From assembly GCA_040755995.1 (NCBI GenBank), contig JBFMAF010000035.1, positions 96,001 to 160,000 on the forward strand: a stretch of 64,000 nucleotides of DNA, in the 5' to 3' direction. The DNA comes from Acidobacteriota bacterium (GTDB lineage Bacteria; Acidobacteriota; CAIWXX01). The notes beneath the pieces are model-generated. The model saw only the letters and a list, made by a program, of their open reading frames with translations. It was not told the origin of the DNA and searched no databases. Both the position numbers and the translations under genes were made by a program. Shown one piece after another: positions 19,046-33,599 of this stretch; within the stretch, counting starts at the first letter, position 1, and each line of letters opens with the position of its first letter.

Positions 19046-19513
19046 ATGGCAGGCGAACAGTTGGGGGCGCAGGATGTATTTCGTTTCTTGAGACCCGAGC
19101 AGGTCGATGCCATCAGCAAGGTTGCCGTGATGGCCAACTTCGGCGCCGGCGAGGCCGTTTACAACGAAGGGGCGAAGGCCAGGTACGTTCACATCATACT
19201 GGAGGGACAGGTGGCGCTTCACCTGCCCGCGAAGGATGGCATCAGCATTCTTGTCGACCAGCTTGGACCCGGCGCGATACTCGGCGCGAGCTCCTTCTTC
19301 GACCTGGACAGCTACATGCTCACCGCGCGTTGTCTGACCGAATGCAAGATCCTGAGAATCGAGATGGCCGTCCTGCGTCGCATGATGGAGGAGGATCCCA
19401 GGATGGGGTACGCCATCCAACTTCGGATCTCTGAGATCTTCTTCAAGAGATACGTAGACGCCCTCCATAAGCTCCAGGCGATCCTGACGAAGATCCCCGT
19501 CGAAGCTCGATAG
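19046..19513 (+). CDS. stand-alone cyclic-nucleotide-binding domain protein (no HTH)
   Basis: GEAVYNEG, IILEGQV, LGPGAILG, TARCLTECKILRI; RBS GGAGG. Confidence 0.85.
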   Translation: MAGEQLGAQDVFRFLRPEQVDAISKVAVMANFGAGEAVYNEGAKARYVHIILEGQVALHLPAKDGISILVDQLGPGAILGASSFFDLDSYMLTARCLTECKILRIEMAVLRRMMEEDPRMGYAIQLRISEIFFKRYVDALHKLQAILTKIPVEAR

Positions 19514-19534
19514 AGAGGGGTAGCGGAACTCAGC

Positions 19535-21610
19535 GTGAAACGTCCCGGATGTGAGCCGCCTCTCGTCTCCTTGCTCGCGCTGATTCTCGCGCCGGCCTGG
19601 TCGGGCACGGCGGCCGGCTCAGCGAGGCTGCCTGCCAGCGCCGCCGTCTATTCGTTCCGGATCGAACAGAGCTGGCTCGCCATGCCCGACGGCGTTCGTC
19701 TCTCCGTCACCTGCTTCATGCCGGCCGCGCGCACGCCTGGCGAACGATTCCCGGTGCTGCTCGAGCTTCTCCCCTATCGCAAGGACGACATGTTCTACCG
19801 GCGCGACTATCCTCTGTACAGCTACTTCGCCCGGCGCGGCTATGCCATGGCCAAGGTCGACGTCCGCGGCACCGGTTCCTCGGAGGGCGTCCTCCCCGAT
19901 CGCGAGTACTCGGAGCAGGAGCTGGATGACGCCGTCGAGATAATCCGGCAGCTGGCGCGCCAGCCCTGGTCCAGCGGCAGGATCGGGATGTGGGGGATTT
20001 CCTGGGGAGGTTTCAACGCGATCCAGGCGGCCATGCGACGGCCGCCGGAGCTTCGTGCGATACTCGCCGTAGACGCGTCCGACGATCTCTTTCACGACGA
20101 TGTGCATTACATCGACGGCGCATATCATGCCGACGAATATGAGCTGTCGATAGACAACGACAACGGCCTCCCGGACTCGATCGAGTACCGCGTCGATGAT
20201 GCATATTTCCGCGACCGGTTCGACCGGTATCCCTGGTTCCTGACATATCTCAAACAGCAACAGGACGGCGACTTCTGGCGCGATAACTCGCTGCGTTTCC
20301 GCTACGACGCGATCCAGGTGCCGGTCTACCTGATCGGCGGACTGCTCGACGGCTACCGCGACAGCGTTCCTCGGATGCTCGAGAACATGAACGTACCGAT
20401 GAAGGCCGAGATCGGGCCGTGGAACCACGCGTGGCCTGACAATGGCGAGCCGGGCCCGAACTACGAGTGGCGCCAAGAGCTCGTGCGCTGGTGGGACTAC
20501 TGGCTCAAGGGGAAAGACACCGGGATCATGGACGAGCCTCGCTTCGCCGTCTTCGTGAGAGCCGGACACGCGCCTGATGCTTTCCTCAAGGAGACTCCAG
20601 GCCACTGGCGATACGAGGACTGGCCGATTCGCCGCACGACCTGGTCAAGGCTCTATCCGTCGGCGGCCAGAAGTCTGGGCAAGGCAGCCCCCGAGAAGAC
20701 GGTGGAGAAGCTGAAATACGTGCCGAGCTCGGGAGTCCAGGCGGGGTTCTGGTGGGGAGAATCCACAGGCGACATGCGCCCAGACGACGCAGGCTGTCTC
20801 GTGTATGACAGCGAACCGGTTGCCGGCAGCATGGAGATCATCGGCTTTCCGCGGGTGAAGCTGCGCGCCGCCGCGTCGGCACAGCTCGCGCACTGGGTCG
20901 TCAGGCTGGAGGATGTTCAACCGGACGGCCGCGTTTCGCTGGTGACCGGCGCGGTGCTCAACGGCGCGCAGCGCGAGTCGAGGCTCGAACCGAAGCCGCT
21001 GGCGCCGGGCGAGTTCTACCCGCTCGATATCGAGCTTCACTTCACAACCTGGACTTTCCAGCCTGGTCACCGTATCAGGGTCGCCGTGGGCAATGCCCAG
21101 TTCCCGATGATCTGGCCCACGCCGCAGCCGATGGACACCTTGCTCGAGCTGGGACCGGCCACGTTCGTCGAGCTCCCCGTCATTCCATCCGAACCCCGTG
21201 CGCGGCCTGCGTTCCTGTCGCCGGAGCCTCGCGAGGAGCGCCCCGACGCGGAGGAGCTGCCGGGTGGAGCGTGGCCGCGCGAATATGAGTGCACGCGCGA
21301 CCTCGCGGGATCCACCACCACGGTTACGTGGGCCGGCGAGGATCTCTTCAAGATCCGGGATCGGCGTTACAGGCTTTTCGAACGCACGACCTACAAGACA
21401 AACGACACACGCCCGGCCGAATCGACATTCGTTGGAGAAGCGGGGCATTGGATCGAGCTTCCGGGGCGGAGTCTCGATCTGCGCACGCTCATCGAAGTGC
21501 ATTCCGACGAGGCCAACTTCCACGTAGTCTTCTCGCGCACGTTGTATCAGAACGGCGCGCGCGTCCGAGAGAAGACGTGGGACGAGACCATACCAAGACG
21601 CCTGCAATGA
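19535..21610 (+). CDS. CocE/NonD family hydrolase (peptidase S15)
   Basis: [26 protein letters not shown] nucleophile elbow, GPWNH. Confidence 0.93.
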   Translation: MKRPGCEPPLVSLLALILAPAWSGTAAGSARLPASAAVYSFRIEQSWLAMPDGVRLSVTCFMPAARTPGERFPVLLELLPYRKDDMFYRRDYPLYSYFARRGYAMAKVDVRGTGSSEGVLPDREYSEQELDDAVEIIRQLARQPWSSGRIGMWGISWGGFNAIQAAMRRPPELRAILAVDASDDLFHDDVHYIDGAYHADEYELSIDNDNGLPDSIEYRVDDAYFRDRFDRYPWFLTYLKQQQDGDFWRDNSLRFRYDAIQVPVYLIGGLLDGYRDSVPRMLENMNVPMKAEIGPWNHAWPDNGEPGPNYEWRQELVRWWDYWLKGKDTGIMDEPRFAVFVRAGHAPDAFLKETPGHWRYEDWPIRRTTWSRLYPSAARSLGKAAPEKTVEKLKYVPSSGVQAGFWWGESTGDMRPDDAGCLVYDSEPVAGSMEIIGFPRVKLRAAASAQLAHWVVRLEDVQPDGRVSLVTGAVLNGAQRESRLEPKPLAPGEFYPLDIELHFTTWTFQPGHRIRVAVGNAQFPMIWPTPQPMDTLLELGPATFVELPVIPSEPRARPAFLSPEPREERPDAEELPGGAWPREYECTRDLAGSTTTVTWAGEDLFKIRDRRYRLFERTTYKTNDTRPAESTFVGEAGHWIELPGRSLDLRTLIEVHSDEANFHVVFSRTLYQNGARVREKTWDETIPRRLQ

Positions 21611-21653
21611 GCTGTTGCCAGCTCGCAACTCCACGGGTATGCTGTCCCACCTT

Positions 21654-23954
<2,301 letters not shown>

Positions 23955-24130
23955 GAACCGTCGTCCCGAGGTTCGGGGAACAAGCTGGTGTTCGAAGAGG
24001 GCGCTCTGCACAGTTCGAGCAGCAACCTCCACTAGTGGACGTGAACCTGTGTGGGGAGCGTGAGCGAAGGCAACTTGCCGCGCTCGTTGGCCATTCCGAC
24101 CGGCATCCTCGCTCTGCTGCCACCCATTCG

Positions 24131-25111
24131 CTACTCCTCGCTCACCCCCGCTTCCTTCATCACGAACTCGGGTGTCCGCGGCTCATCGGGCACGATGAGT
24201 TCCTTCCTGCCGGAGGCGAGCACCCACCGGTGCAGCCAGCTGATGCCCGCGGGGCCATAGTAGCCGTCGGGCAGCTCGTAGGCAGGGTCCTGTAGCGCTG
24301 CAGCGAGCGTGATGAAATCGTAGCCGCGCGCGCGAATCATTCGAGCGAGCGAGTCGAAGGTGTCGGCGTTGAGCGAGTTTGCGTGGAGGAGAAGGATCTG
24401 CGGCGGCTCGCGCCCCAGCAGGACGACCGACTGCCTCTCGTAGTAGTCGAACTTCTGCTCCATGTACGGAATGAACGCGGCAACGATCCTCTCCTTCATC
24501 GCGCTGTCTCCACGTTCGGATCCGGAGGCATACGCACCGGCGAATATCCAGTCGGAGTTGTCGATCGTGACAGGCGCGATCGCATAACCGCGCTTGGAAA
24601 GGAACTCTGCGAGGGCGCGTCTTGTCTCTACGTCGCGGCCGGTGTGCAGCATCGGATGCCGGAAGTACCGCAGCTTCTGTCCGTGTTCCCCAGCGAGCCG
24701 ACCTAGAACGGTCTCCCCGCGCACGATGTCTTGCTCGTAGTCCGCCAGCTTGGTCGCGTGCAGGTCGGAGTGCGAATACGTGTGATTGCCGAGCTCAAGG
24801 CCCGCGTCCAGCCACATCTGGAGAAGTGCAATACGCGTCTCATCGAGCTTTCCCTGCGGGTAGAGCTTGCCCTCGTTTACAAACCCGACGGCTGGCAGCT
24901 TCTCGGATGTGACGGCCGCCAGCAACCGGCGCGTCATGTTCCGGCGCCCGTCCGCATCGTCAGGTCTCACGCTGACGGTAGGCAGGTCGTCGAACGTCAC
25001 TGCAACCCGCCGGTGCGCCGGAAGTAAGGCCTTCTGGGGCTCCGGTTGGGCAAAGCACAGCAGGCCGGCCACCAGAGAGCACACCATGAGAGCACCGGCC
25101 GGCGCGCGCAT
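24131..25111 (-). CDS. polysaccharide deacetylase (CE4/NodB)
   Basis: AVTFDDLP, GNHTYSH, YFRHP, ILLLH motifs; signal peptide. Confidence 0.9.
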   Translation of the reverse strand: MRAPAGALMVCSLVAGLLCFAQPEPQKALLPAHRRVAVTFDDLPTVSVRPDDADGRRNMTRRLLAAVTSEKLPAVGFVNEGKLYPQGKLDETRIALLQMWLDAGLELGNHTYSHSDLHATKLADYEQDIVRGETVLGRLAGEHGQKLRYFRHPMLHTGRDVETRRALAEFLSKRGYAIAPVTIDNSDWIFAGAYASGSERGDSAMKERIVAAFIPYMEQKFDYYERQSVVLLGREPPQILLLHANSLNADTFDSLARMIRARGYDFITLAAALQDPAYELPDGYYGPAGISWLHRWVLASGRKELIVPDEPRTPEFVMKEAGVSEE

Positions 25112-25121
25112 CGTCGAATGC

Positions 25122-25712
25122 TCAGTGCTTGCCACTCTGACCTTCCGTCGAAGGAACCAGAAGATCGCGTGCAAGAGCTATGTACGATCGCCGGGAGCGC
25201 TCACCCTGGAGCCATGAGGGGTCTGCCGAGACCAGGCTCACGAAGCCCAGCCACGCCGTATAGGCCAGGGTCGCTCGATAGCTGGCCTGGGGGTCGCGAT
25301 ACCCCATCTGGCGATAGGCGCGCCCGGCGAACTCGATCCAGAGGCGGTGGTGCTGCCGCAGCCACTTCGCCACTCGAGGATCGGAGGCGGAGGTCGCCAG
25401 CGCCAGGTCGATCGATCCGATGAGAGCCGACGCCGGGGACGGCTTCATGAGCGTGCGGAGCCTCTCGCGCGGATCCCCGATCCCCTCCAGCCTGGCGATC
25501 GACTCGCGCGTCTCCTCCACGGCCCATCGCTCCAACGCCGCATCGATCAAAGCGTCCACGTCCTTGAAATGCCAGTAGAAGCTCCCCTTGGTCACGCCGA
25601 GCTGCTTCGCCAGGGGCTCCACCGCAATCCCCGCCAGACCACGCTCGCCCAGGGCGCTCAGCGCCGCCCGGATCCAGTCATACCGAGTCAGCCGTTTTCT
25701 CTTGGCCGCCAT
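25122..25712 (-). CDS. TetR family transcriptional regulator
   Basis: AVEPLAKQLGVTKGSFYWHF helix-turn-helix. Confidence 0.93.
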   Translation of the reverse strand: MAAKRKRLTRYDWIRAALSALGERGLAGIAVEPLAKQLGVTKGSFYWHFKDVDALIDAALERWAVEETRESIARLEGIGDPRERLRTLMKPSPASALIGSIDLALATSASDPRVAKWLRQHHRLWIEFAGRAYRQMGYRDPQASYRATLAYTAWLGFVSLVSADPSWLQGERSRRSYIALARDLLVPSTEGQSGKH

Positions 25713-25724
25713 TCGGGGCTCCTT

Positions 25725-25786
25725 CCATACGCATGCGTATTGACAACCGCTCGCGATCATCATACCATACTTATGCGTATGGTCAA
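25725..25786. promoter_or_regulatory. divergent promoters with two TetR-type operator palindromes
   Basis: CCATACGCATGCGTATTG (25725-25742) and CCATACTTATGCGTATGG (25765-25782); plus strand TTGACA-17-TACCAT, minus strand TTGACC-16-TATGAT. Confidence 0.75.
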
Positions 25787-25832
25787 AGCGCAAAGGGGTT
25801 GCACGGAGTTCCGAGGGCATGAGTGAGCGGAG

Positions 25833-26369
25833 GTGATGGTCGGCATGACGTGGGGCAAGAGTCTCTTTCGAAGCCGGCGTTTCCGGTGGTTTGCAGGAGT
25901 GAGTGCCATGGTGATGATCGGGGTTGTGGTGGTAGCGGCGATTGGTCCCGGGGAAGTCGAGCGGGTGGCAGTTGACCCGCAGAGCGCCGTCGCACCGTTC
26001 CTGAACGGTTGCGACTACTGGGACAGCTACCGCATGCTGGTAGCCGGAGTGGACCCGGCGGACTCAGCCTTCCTGGACGCCATCGCGTTTCAGCGTGGCG
26101 ACCTCGTGGCGGAGAGACCGGGTGAACGCGTGTACCGGGGGCCTGCGCCGGGCCTCGTCTTCTACGTGTCGTATGCCTGCAGTGCCGCAGGCCAGGGCAT
26201 GGCGGCCGTCCAGATGTCCACCGTCGTCCGCACCAACAGCCGGAAGGGGCGCGTGTACTTCTTCTTTGTACGACCGGTGCACCGCCTGCTGATGCCGTGG
26301 GCGCTACGGCACTTCGTGCTGAAGGCGGTGCTCGCGCGAGGCGGTCGCTCTAGTGGAAGATCTCGTTGA
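25833..26369 (+). CDS. DUF2867-like protein
   Basis: DYWDSY and STVVRTNSRKGRVYFFFVRPVHRLL; divergent from tetR. Confidence 0.7.
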   Translation: MMVGMTWGKSLFRSRRFRWFAGVSAMVMIGVVVVAAIGPGEVERVAVDPQSAVAPFLNGCDYWDSYRMLVAGVDPADSAFLDAIAFQRGDLVAERPGERVYRGPAPGLVFYVSYACSAAGQGMAAVQMSTVVRTNSRKGRVYFFFVRPVHRLLMPWALRHFVLKAVLARGGRSSGRSR

Positions 26370-26469
26370 AAAAGGTCTTCATATATTCCCAGGAGCGTCG
26401 ATCGGCCTTCTCATTGTAAGCAGTACCCTTCGAAAGACCTCCCATCAGCCGAGGTCAGCAGCATGTATT

Positions 26470-26904
26470 TCATCCGGACCACCCCTTCTCAAGATCGGCC
26501 CGCAGCCGCGCCTCCTGCTCTCGGAGCTCGGGAGTGAAGTTCTCACCGAAATCCTCGGCTTCGAAGACCTGACGAATCTCGATCTCCGACTCCTCTCCCG
26601 GCATGGGATTCGGGCTGCGCTTCACCCATTCGATCGCCTCCTGCAGCGACTCGCACTTCCAGAGCCAGAAGCCCGCAACCAGCTGCCTGGTCTCCGCAAA
26701 TGGCCCGTGAACTACCGTCCGTTTCTCGCCGGAAAACCTGACCCGTGCGCCCTTCGAGCTGGGTTGAAGCCCCTCGCCCGCGAGCAGTACACCGGCCCTG
26801 GCCAGCTCTTCGTTGAATTTCATCATCTCGGCAAGCGATTCCTTGCTCGGGAGGACTCCCGCCTCGTCGGCCTTGCCGGCTTTGACGATCACCATGAATC
26901 TCAT
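26470..26904 (-). CDS. YciI/DGPF family protein
   Basis: MRFMVIVKA, GEGLQPSSKG, HGPFAETRQLVAGFW, IEIRQVFE. Confidence 0.9.
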   Translation of the reverse strand: MRFMVIVKAGKADEAGVLPSKESLAEMMKFNEELARAGVLLAGEGLQPSSKGARVRFSGEKRTVVHGPFAETRQLVAGFWLWKCESLQEAIEWVKRSPNPMPGEESEIEIRQVFEAEDFGENFTPELREQEARLRADLEKGWSG

Positions 26905-27439
26905 TGTGGTGTCCCCTTAGTTGTTTGTATTGTTCTGTCGTTCATGAAATCGTGTGTGCGCAGTCGCCGCTCTGTGCAAATCGCAGAGCGTCGTACGGCA
27001 CCATGCTTGATGGCATGGTGTTCATGACCGAGTCCGGTTCGGTTGGTGTCTTGAGGACTCGTATTCTAAACCCTGGTTACTCAAGGCCTCATGCGCGACT
27101 GCCCTGCTAGAGCATCGCAGATGTGGGCAAGGTGTTCAAGGTGTGCGTGGGCGCCCGCAGGTGCCATAGGCACTTAGCGGTGTTTGACACAGTCGGGCCG
27201 CCGGGCGTATCGTTCCGGATAGAGTCATGCGAACTGGTCGGAAGGTGGCTTCTTGATTGTTCGAGGAGGGGGCAACCGCCAAGCCTCTGACATGCCCGGA
27301 GGCGCGGAGACACCGGCCGCGCATTCACGGAGGTGTTGCGTGCGATTTCGGCGTCCCAGCCATGAGTCCATTTCATCCGGAGTTCTGTTGTCAATTCTTT
27401 GCATTGCGCTGGTTCTGCTCAAACCGGCGGAAGCGGGCG

Positions 27440-27838
27440 AGCGGCGATACATCGAGGCCGATCGCGGGCGCCACCTCGATGCAGTACACGACGACGCCGT
27501 CGAGCCGCGGCACCCATGACTACTGGGTCAGGGCGGCGAATATGTGCGGGGTTGCCGACAGCAACACCGCGACCATAACCGCCGGCCCGCTGATCACGTC
27601 CATTCATTCCAAGTCGGCAACACCCGGCTCTGTGGCATACATCTTCGGCCGCGGGTTCTCCACCAAAAGCCGGCGCAACACTGTCTTCGTCGGTGGCGTG
27701 GCGGTCACCGGCAGCGTTCGGGCTCTATCATCGAATCGACTCCAGTTCGTCATCCCCGACGTGCCCCCGGGAATGGTAAACGTGCACGTCGAGGTTAGGG
27801 GAGTCCGTTCCAACACGGTGAAATTCGAGGTGAGGTAG
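27440..27838 (+). pseudogene. 5'-truncated surface-protein remnant (partial Ig domain + IPT/TIG domain)
   Basis: GDTSRPIAGAT...YWVRAANMCGVADSNTATIT followed by PLITSI...PGSVAYIFGRGFS...NTVFVGG...SNTVKFEV; no signal peptide or credible start. Confidence 0.55.
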
Positions 27839-27940
27839 ACTGCCCCTGGAGCGCCGTCTCGACGCAGGATTGAGGGCGGCCTCGGGGGCGATGTAGCGCA
27901 CTATGCCCGCTGTGCCCGCCCTCGCCGCTCGGCTGGGAGC

Positions 27941-28795
27941 TCACGCCGCGGGTGCCAGGGCATGAAACCCTGCGGCGACGGCCCGGCTTATGTTGGAGAT
28001 CAGGTCGCCCCTGGCGTTGACCGCGTACAGGTGAGCCGTGAGCGCCCACAACTCCCGCTCCACCCGCCGCGGCTCGATCTCAACACCTCCACCGCGCCGC
28101 TCGAGCTCCGCAACGAGCATCGGCAGGATCTTGTCCGTCAGACGCAGCGCCGTGTCCACCACGAACAGCGAGACGTGAGGACGCAGACGGCCGACACGGT
28201 CGAAGAAGGCGCAGATCTCCGGCGCGGTGATGTTTCTCGGGGGCGAAGACTTGAGCTCGATATACACGAGCTTCCCTTCGGCCGCGGCGACCACGTCAAG
28301 GTCGCCGCCAACGCCCTTTGCGTGGGTCTTGAGGCCGCTGGCGACGTCAAACTGCAGACGCCGTCGCAGCTCGCGAGCTACGTACCACTCGAGCGTACCC
28401 CCGAAGCTCCTCGCGCCCCGAATCAACCGGTACCGATCTGTGGACAGGCGGGATGCCAGACCTGCCTTGACGAGCCACTCGGCGTACGCGCGGGACTGGG
28501 GCGCCTGGAGGTAGCGCGTCGTCTCTCCAGGGCGAAATCCTTCCCATCTCTGGATCGCCCCGCGCAGGAAGAGCCTGAACGCGTAGCTGTCGAGCTGCCG
28601 CGCGAGCTGGTCTGCGGCAGCCTCGTCCAGGTCTGGCGAAAACGGGATGTCGGGCGGGGTGGGCCGGGGCCGCAGGCCTCGTCTGACCAGCATCGCGAGC
28701 GCTTCACCCGGAAGAGCAGCGGCGCGGGCAGGCCGCGGCGGAGCTGCCGCGGCAGCGGCGGCCTCAAGCTCGCGTGCTGTCCGGCCTCTACTCAT
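27941..28795 (-). CDS. PD-(D/E)XK nuclease-fold protein
   Basis: GGTLEWYV...GGDLDVV...YIELKS gives E...D...ExK; possible winged-helix N-terminus. Confidence 0.7.
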   Translation of the reverse strand: MSRGRTARELEAAAAAAAPPRPARAAALPGEALAMLVRRGLRPRPTPPDIPFSPDLDEAAADQLARQLDSYAFRLFLRGAIQRWEGFRPGETTRYLQAPQSRAYAEWLVKAGLASRLSTDRYRLIRGARSFGGTLEWYVARELRRRLQFDVASGLKTHAKGVGGDLDVVAAAEGKLVYIELKSSPPRNITAPEICAFFDRVGRLRPHVSLFVVDTALRLTDKILPMLVAELERRGGGVEIEPRRVERELWALTAHLYAVNARGDLISNISRAVAAGFHALAPAA

Positions 28796-28830
28796 CGACG
28801 GCCGGCGATGATCGCGCCGAGAAGGCGGTC

Positions 28831-28867
28831 TCCACTCTCCACTCTCCGCTCTCTACTTTCTACTCTC
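28831..28867 (+). repeat. heptamer tandem repeat
   Basis: CCACTCT CCACTCT CCGCTCT CTACTTT CTACTCT. Confidence 0.75.
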
Positions 28868-28874
28868 CGGGCGG

Positions 28875-28920
28875 GGCGCGGCTGACGCAGCCTCGCATGG
28901 TTCATCGGCCTGAGGCCGTG
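28875..28920. repeat. dispersed two-hairpin intergenic element, copy 2
   Basis: GGCGCGGCTGACGCAGCCTCGCATGGTTCATCGGCCTGAGGCCG is similar to 18231-18276. Confidence 0.6.
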
Positions 28921-28929
28921 CCACGCCAG

Positions 28930-29418
28930 CTACTGCCCGCCGGCCTCCCGGATGATCGTGGCTATGTCGGGCCGGTTGCACCGGTCCGCGGCGGCAATCG
29001 GAGTAAGACCCTCGTTGTCACGGGCGTTCACGTCTGCGCCTTTTGCGATCAGGAGCTTCACCATCTCCACGTTCTTCTCGTACCACACCCCGCTGGGATC
29101 GGAGCACGCTGCGGCGATCAGCGCAGTTCGCCCGTATCGATTCCGCGCGTTGACGTCCGTGCCAGCTGCGAGGTAAGCCCGCACGGCCTCCATGTCGCAC
29201 ATGAAAGCACAGTACACGAAGTTCGTGTCGCTGACCTCATCGATCCTTCCCGAATCCTTCAGCTTCTGTAACCTGGCGCGGGCTGCCTCTGGATCCTCTT
29301 TCACCTGGCAGGCCGGAATCAACGTCGCGATCGAGGCCAGACACAGGATAGCCAAACCAGTGCTCCTCACAGCATCCTCCCATCGTTTAATCCGTTGTCG
29401 ACTTGTGACGCGCTGCAT
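28930..29418 (-). CDS. ankyrin-repeat protein, probable lipoprotein (start probably internal GTG)
   Basis: GTDVNARNRYGRTALIAA, GADVNARDNEGLTPI; hydrophobic stretch ending LIPAC. Confidence 0.85.
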   Translation of the reverse strand: MQRVTSRQRIKRWEDAVRSTGLAILCLASIATLIPACQVKEDPEAARARLQKLKDSGRIDEVSDTNFVYCAFMCDMEAVRAYLAAGTDVNARNRYGRTALIAAACSDPSGVWYEKNVEMVKLLIAKGADVNARDNEGLTPIAAADRCNRPDIATIIREAGGQ

Positions 29419-29421
29419 AGC

Positions 29422-29814
29422 CTACTCGCCGAGAAAGTCGCGGATCTTCGAGAGCAGCGTCGCACTGTCGATCGGCTTGGTGACATAGTCGTCGCAGCCG
29501 CTCTGAAACCCCGTCTTCACATCCGCCGCCTGGCCGAGCGTCGTCACCATGATGATGGGAATGCTCTTGGTGGCCTTCAGCTTCCTGATCTCGCGACATG
29601 CTTCGAACCCCGTGATCTTGGGCATCACGACATCCATCAGGATGAGATCGGGCGACTCGGCCGCCGCCTTCCGTACTGCCTCCTCGCCATCGCTCGCGGT
29701 GATGACCTGGTAGTGACCCGACTTGAGGATCATGCACTCCATCAACAGGACTGTCTTCGAGTCGTCCACCACAAGGATCTTCTTGCGCCCCTTGTCGGTC
29801 TCAGTCCCAGTCAT
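29422..29814 (-). CDS. single-domain response regulator
   Basis: ILVVDD, DLILMDVVMP, IMVT, YVTKP. Confidence 0.93.
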   Translation of the reverse strand: MTGTETDKGRKKILVVDDSKTVLLMECMILKSGHYQVITASDGEEAVRKAAAESPDLILMDVVMPKITGFEACREIRKLKATKSIPIIMVTTLGQAADVKTGFQSGCDDYVTKPIDSATLLSKIRDFLGE

Positions 29815-29901
29815 CGTTCCACTCCTCTATCCCGTTGCCAGACCGCTCGCATCTACGGTCCCGCCCCCGCCCGCCCGTGAGCTTCTGATCAACATGTATG
29901 C

Positions 29902-29962
29902 AATCTAGAATCATTGCGGGTAGTTGTCAACCGCGCAGAATGCAGAAAGCAGTTGACAGCTA
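29902..29962 (-). promoter_or_regulatory. inverted repeat after top6A overlapping a promoter for the response regulator
   Basis: TAGTTGTCAAC (29921-29931) / GTTGACAGCTA (29952-29962); minus strand TTGACA-17-TAGATT (29930-29902). Confidence 0.45.
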
Positions 29963-31069
29963 AGGCAGGAACTGATCGGTCCTCTTGAGTTTCTTCGGCA
30001 GGTATTCGTCGATGACGTAGTTGAGCCCGTGCTTTGCCAAAGCCTGTTGCTCGGCGCGCACGCCCATCTTCATGAGCAGCTCGATTGCATGCTGCCAGCT
30101 CTTGTGGTGCCGGAAGAAAGGGTCGTTCTTCAGCGCATCCCGTGCGCGCTTGACGTCGACGTCCTTGAGTGGGTGCGTCGGCAGCTTGTAGTCGGTGATA
30201 TCCTGAGGGGTGACGCCAAGGAACCGGGCCTGCGGCACACAGAAGAACCGGTTCAGGTGGGCGTTGTTGCCCGATCCGACCTTGAGCGTGCGGTATATGT
30301 TGCCGATGCCGTAAGGATCGCAGTCTACGAAGACGTAGACGGGGATCTTCCGGGAGTCCGCGAGGCGGCGGATGAATCGCCGGACGGCGCGGGTAGGCAC
30401 GCCGTTCATGGAGACCAGGATGCATTTCGCCGTCTTCCAGAACTTGTGATAGTTCAGCCGCTCGAACATGCCGCTGGTCTCGATCGCGAGAACGAAGTCT
30501 GCCTTCGTCTTGAACTCGAGATGCTCGACAGCGGACGGGATGGCGTAGGACCCGGAGCCGAAGCGTGTGCAATCGATTTCGATCCTGCGAGTCGTTCCCG
30601 GCTCGTGGTCGACAACGATCAGCTCGCCCGCTACACTCCCCCCGTGCTCATCCGGCCTGAACCCGAGCTGCTCCTTGTTGAGCGCGAAGTAGGCTTCGAT
30701 GTCGTCCATGATGGTGTCGGACTCGTCCTGTTCGTCGCATCGCGCCTCTTCCCAGTTCTTCGTCTGGTAGTAAGCGTCTCGCTTGGTGGCGAAGGTGTCC
30801 ATCTCGATGAGGCTCTTGGAGAGGGCGATCATGCGCAGCGTCTGGGCGAAGTTCTTGACGGTGGAGACGCTCAGCGTCCGTTCCTTCTTGAGCCCCGCCA
30901 TCTCCAGGTACCCTTTCGACGGGTGGTACCGGACGTTGGCCAGCGATCTGACCGGGAATTGCATGGACGGCTTCTTGCGCGCCAGGATCTTCCGGTAAAT
31001 CCCGTCGCTCGACGCCTTGATGCGGCGAACGACTTCGCCGTTGTCGCCCGACTTGCGGCTGCTCATCAC
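29960..31069 (-). CDS. top6A: DNA topoisomerase VI subunit A (Spo11-like)
   Basis: TKRDAYY catalytic Tyr region, EQDESDTIMDDIE, TOPRIM AIETSGMFERL and DCDPYG, LKVGS, RAEQQAL. Confidence 0.93.
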   Translation of the reverse strand: MMSSRKSGDNGEVVRRIKASSDGIYRKILARKKPSMQFPVRSLANVRYHPSKGYLEMAGLKKERTLSVSTVKNFAQTLRMIALSKSLIEMDTFATKRDAYYQTKNWEEARCDEQDESDTIMDDIEAYFALNKEQLGFRPDEHGGSVAGELIVVDHEPGTTRRIEIDCTRFGSGSYAIPSAVEHLEFKTKADFVLAIETSGMFERLNYHKFWKTAKCILVSMNGVPTRAVRRFIRRLADSRKIPVYVFVDCDPYGIGNIYRTLKVGSGNNAHLNRFFCVPQARFLGVTPQDITDYKLPTHPLKDVDVKRARDALKNDPFFRHHKSWQHAIELLMKMGVRAEQQALAKHGLNYVIDEYLPKKLKRTDQFLP

Positions 31070-31160
31070 TCACCCCCGCGACAGGCCCCATGGGCCCTGC
31101 GCTCGTGAACGGGTCCGCCGCGACGCCTGCTGCGGGGGCTCTCAACCACGTCTCTGCCCT

Positions 31161-32156
<996 letters not shown>

Positions 32157-32210
32157 GCGTTCCTCACGATCGAGCGGTCCCCGACCCCTATCCTCGTCTG
32201 TCAACCGCTA

Positions 32211-33503
<1,293 letters not shown>

Positions 33504-33599
33504 CTAAACGTCGCTCATCACCATATCCATGCACCCCTGCACGAGGCTGTGGCTTCCTGGCGGAAGCAGTGCGATGCTACGGCGACGAGTACCCCTGTT

